From Malacoraja senta (Eukaryota), in the NCBI GenBank assembly GCA_038087875.1, contig JAXLNO010004433.1, forward strand, positions 186,001-221,091: a stretch of DNA of 35,091 nt, in the 5' to 3' direction. The notes under the pieces are model-generated. The model was not told where the DNA came from. It saw only the letters and a list, made by a program, of their open reading frames with translations, and made no database searches. Positions 32,310 through 35,091 of this stretch are shown piece by piece. The translations under genes and the position numbers were made by a program. Position 1 is the stretch's first letter; each line of letters opens with the position of its first letter.

Positions 32310-33224
32310 TACCACTTGCTGTGTCACGTTGCAGTGTTGCTCACAAGCACCAAAGCAGACTCAGCAGATTCATCCCCCGCATCTCTCCTCCTTGAAATGA
32401 AGAATGACAGTAAATGTCAATCCAGAAGTTGTCGATCTGGTGACATGAGCTCAAAATTCCAACCCATGATCTGGGAATTTCAATTTTATTAATAAATGCA
32501 TTCTGACGTAAAATGCTTCCGTTGGTGGTGACGCATGTCGATAGTTCACTGCTGCACTTCATGGAAGGGAATGTGTCATCATATCTGTTCTGGCCAGTAC
32601 GCAACTACATACCTGTAGCAAAATGGCTACAGACTAGTGTCAGTTTAGTGTGACTGTGCTCCAGTGAAGACTGAGGCGTTTCAGTAATTGATAGAAACTA
32701 TCTGAAATAAATTAGTGGCTGACTCTCCAGCGACAGCAGAGCAAATCATAAATGGTTAGAAGTATCAAGGTCCCCCTCCTGCTGCAGATTGGGATGAAAT
32801 TCTGCATTAGATGTATTTTCCCGTTTCACTTCAGAATCATTGGGGGAGGAAGAGAATGATTCATTCATTCATTGCCGCTGACTGACCTACACTGCCACTT
32901 GTCCTCTGAAGCAGCATCATGAGTCTAGTTCCACTCAGCTCACTCTCGTGTGTGCACTGTTTACACACTCAGTCACTTGGGCCACATGAGCTGATTTTGC
33001 TTTCAAACACTTATTGTGGAGGGTGATAACGTTTGTGTCAGAATTGAAAATATCAGAGCCCGGAGATCAAAGTCTTCAACTGCGTAGAAAGCAGTCATAA
33101 TATTCTCACCTCCACTATATTACAATTATCTTTGGTGCTGGATTTGATGGGAGAGGAGAGAGAGAAGCAGGGAGGAGAGGGGAGCCCCTTTACATTGGGG
33201 ACCTGGGATGGAGAGTGTGGTGGC

Positions 33225-33755
33225 GTGTAATTAACTTTTGAGTCGGATCACGGGCTCGTCGGCCGCCTGTATTTTCTGTGGTGAGGAGGAAACCGTGTTC
33301 CACGTGTATATGGAGTGTGAGAGGTTACTGCCCCTGTACCAATATCTGAAGGGGTTGTTCCTCAAGTTCTGGTTGCATTTTAGTCCCATGATTCTAGTGT
33401 TTGGACACAAGGCAGGGAGTGAGGAGAGCCGATCGGGGGTGGGACCTCCCTGTCGGTTTGCTCCTGGGCCTGGCCAAGATGGCCATTCGTGGGTCCAGGC
33501 CATTCGATGGTCATGCTAGAGTCGGCTGTCTGCCCCTCTTCCGGGCCTACATCCGTGCTCGCGGGTCCCTGGAGAGGGAACACGTGGTGTCCTTGGGGAC
33601 TCTGGATGCCTTCCGTGGGCGCTGGTCACCACATGGGGTTGAGAGTATCGTAAATAATTAATGCATCATTGTACTATAATGATTATTTGATACATTGTAA
33701 CTTCTGATTGTGTTTTTGATGTATCATGTGTTTGTGCTTAATAACGTTTTTGAAA
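33225..33755 (+). mobile_element. Tx1-type L1-clade 3' fragment (zinc knuckle and 3' UTR)
   Basis: AACIFCGEEETVFHVYMECERL...FLKFWLHFSP and LLLGLAKMAIRGSR...LFRAYIRARGSLE motifs. Confidence 0.8.
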
Positions 33756-33759
33756 AGGA

Positions 33760-34975
33760 AAGAAAAAGAGGAGAGAAGAGGAGAGGAATGGAGGGGAGGA
33801 AAGAGGGGAGTGCAGGGGAGGGAGAGGAGAGGGGAAGGGTGAAGAGAGGGGAGAGGAGGGGAGAGCAGAGGAGACAATCTCTCACCTAGTCCATATTGCA
33901 ATTATTTTTGGTGCTGGGTTTGAGGGGAGAGAGAGGGGATGAGAGATAAGGGGAGAAGGGGTGCAGAGGAGTGGGTAGGAGGAGAGAGGAGAGGGGAGGG
34001 GAGAGAAGAGCAGAGGGGAGGGGCAAGAGGAGAGGTGAGGAGAGGGGAGAGGGGAGAAAGGAGGAGGAGAGAGGGAGGTAGCAGAGAGCAGGGGAGGAGA
34101 GGGGAAGAAAAGAGAGGAGATGTGGGGACGAGGGGAGAGGGGAGGGCAGGAGAGGAGAGAGAGGGAAGAGGAGAGTAGAGAACAATCTCTCAACTCCACT
34201 AAATTATCTTTGGTGCTGGATTTGAAGGGAGGGGGAGAGAGAAGCAGAGAGGGGAGAAGGGGTGAGGGGAGGAGTGAAGAGGGCAGAGGAGGGGAGGGGA
34301 GAGAGAAGAGGAAAGTAAAGGAGAGGAGAAATAAGGATGGGGAGGGGAGGAGAGTTGAGAGGAGAGGGGTGAAGAGTAGGGGAGGGGATAGAAGAGTGGA
34401 AAGTATAGGAGTGGAGGGGGTGGGTTGAGAGGAGAGAAGGGAGGTGAGGGAGGCAGAGTAGGGGAGAGGAGAGAGGAGGAGAAGGGGGAAGAGGGGAGAA
34501 GAGAAAGAGGAGAGTAGGTAGGAGGGAGAGGAGAGAAGAGGGAGGAGAGAATATGGGGGGAGGGAGAGGGAAGAGAGGGTAGAAGAGAGGAGAGGGTAGA
34601 GGAGAGGAGAGAATGGCAGGAGAGGGGGAGAGAGGCGACAGGGAGAAAGAGTGTAGGGGTAGAGGAGAGGAGAGTAGGGGAGAATGTAGGCGAGGAGGGG
34701 AGAATGGAGGGGAGGAGGGTAGTGGAGGTGAGAGGAGAGTGAAGAGGGGAGATGTGAGGAGTGGAGGAGGGGAGAAGAGGTGGTGTGGAGAGGAGAGGAG
34801 GGGAGGATGGAAGGAGAGAGAGGGGAGATGGGAGGGAAGAGGAGAGGGGATGAGGGGAGTTTAGAAGAGACGAGAGGGGAGGGGAGGAGAGGATGTGTGG
34901 AGAGGTGAAGGGAGGATGGGAAAGAGGAGAGGTATGTAAGGAGAGGAGAAGTAAGGATGGAGAGGGGAGGAGAGG
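33760..34975 (+). repeat. Long homopurine (GGAGA/GGAGG) low-complexity tract
   Basis: About 1.2 kb, predominantly G/A on the + strand. Confidence 0.9.
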
Positions 34976-35091
34976 CCGATAAATCCCCAGGCCAGATAGG
35001 CTGCATCCCAGAGTACTTAAGGAAGTAGCCAGAAATAGTTGGATGCATTAGTGATAATTTTTCAAAACTCTTTAGATTCTGGAGTAGTTCC
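34976..35091 (+). mobile_element. CR1 RT fragment running off the window end
   Basis: ADKSPG...LHPRVLKEVA...DALVIIFQNSLDSGVV. Confidence 0.8.

Noticed and set aside
33760-34975. Immunoglobulin class-switch region
   Set aside because: Wrong strand polarity, no AGCT-rich pentamer repeats, and cartilaginous fish are not known to have canonical switch regions.
33882-35048. 388-aa Leu/Pro/Ser ORF
   Set aside because: Translation of the CT-rich strand of the purine tract.
30000-35091. V, D or J segments or recombination signal sequences near the Ig exon
   Set aside because: I found no convincing CACAGTG-spacer-ACAAAAACC pair or V-domain frame by eye.

Overview
Eukaryotic, repeat-dominated window with three N-gaps. 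The repeat families and the immunoglobulin domain type point to a cartilaginous fish such as a skate, ray or shark (inference). Most of the sequence is nested transposable elements: a full-length but frameshifted + strand L1 (926-8450, 10-bp TSD) inserted into an older - strand L1; CR1, Rex1/Babar and Tx1-like LINE fragments; PIF/Harbinger-type, Academ-like and hAT-like non-autonomous DNA elements; and short Penelope-like repeats carrying a hammerhead-ribozyme core motif. Two pieces of host gene sequence are visible on the - strand. One is a CpG-rich promoter (ACTACA/ZNF143-type, CCAAT, GC-box, CRE and YY1 motifs) with a probable 27-codon first coding exon of an unidentified gene (25248-25480). 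The other is an immunoglobulin C1-set exon resembling an IgW/IgNAR heavy-chain constant domain, with intact splice sites but a frameshifting deletion (30010-30316). The most unusual structure is a 2.9-kb TIR-bounded insertion with a 5-bp TSD that splits a CR1 reverse-transcriptase frame and carries heterogeneous cargo. No clearly new biological system can be established from this sequence alone.
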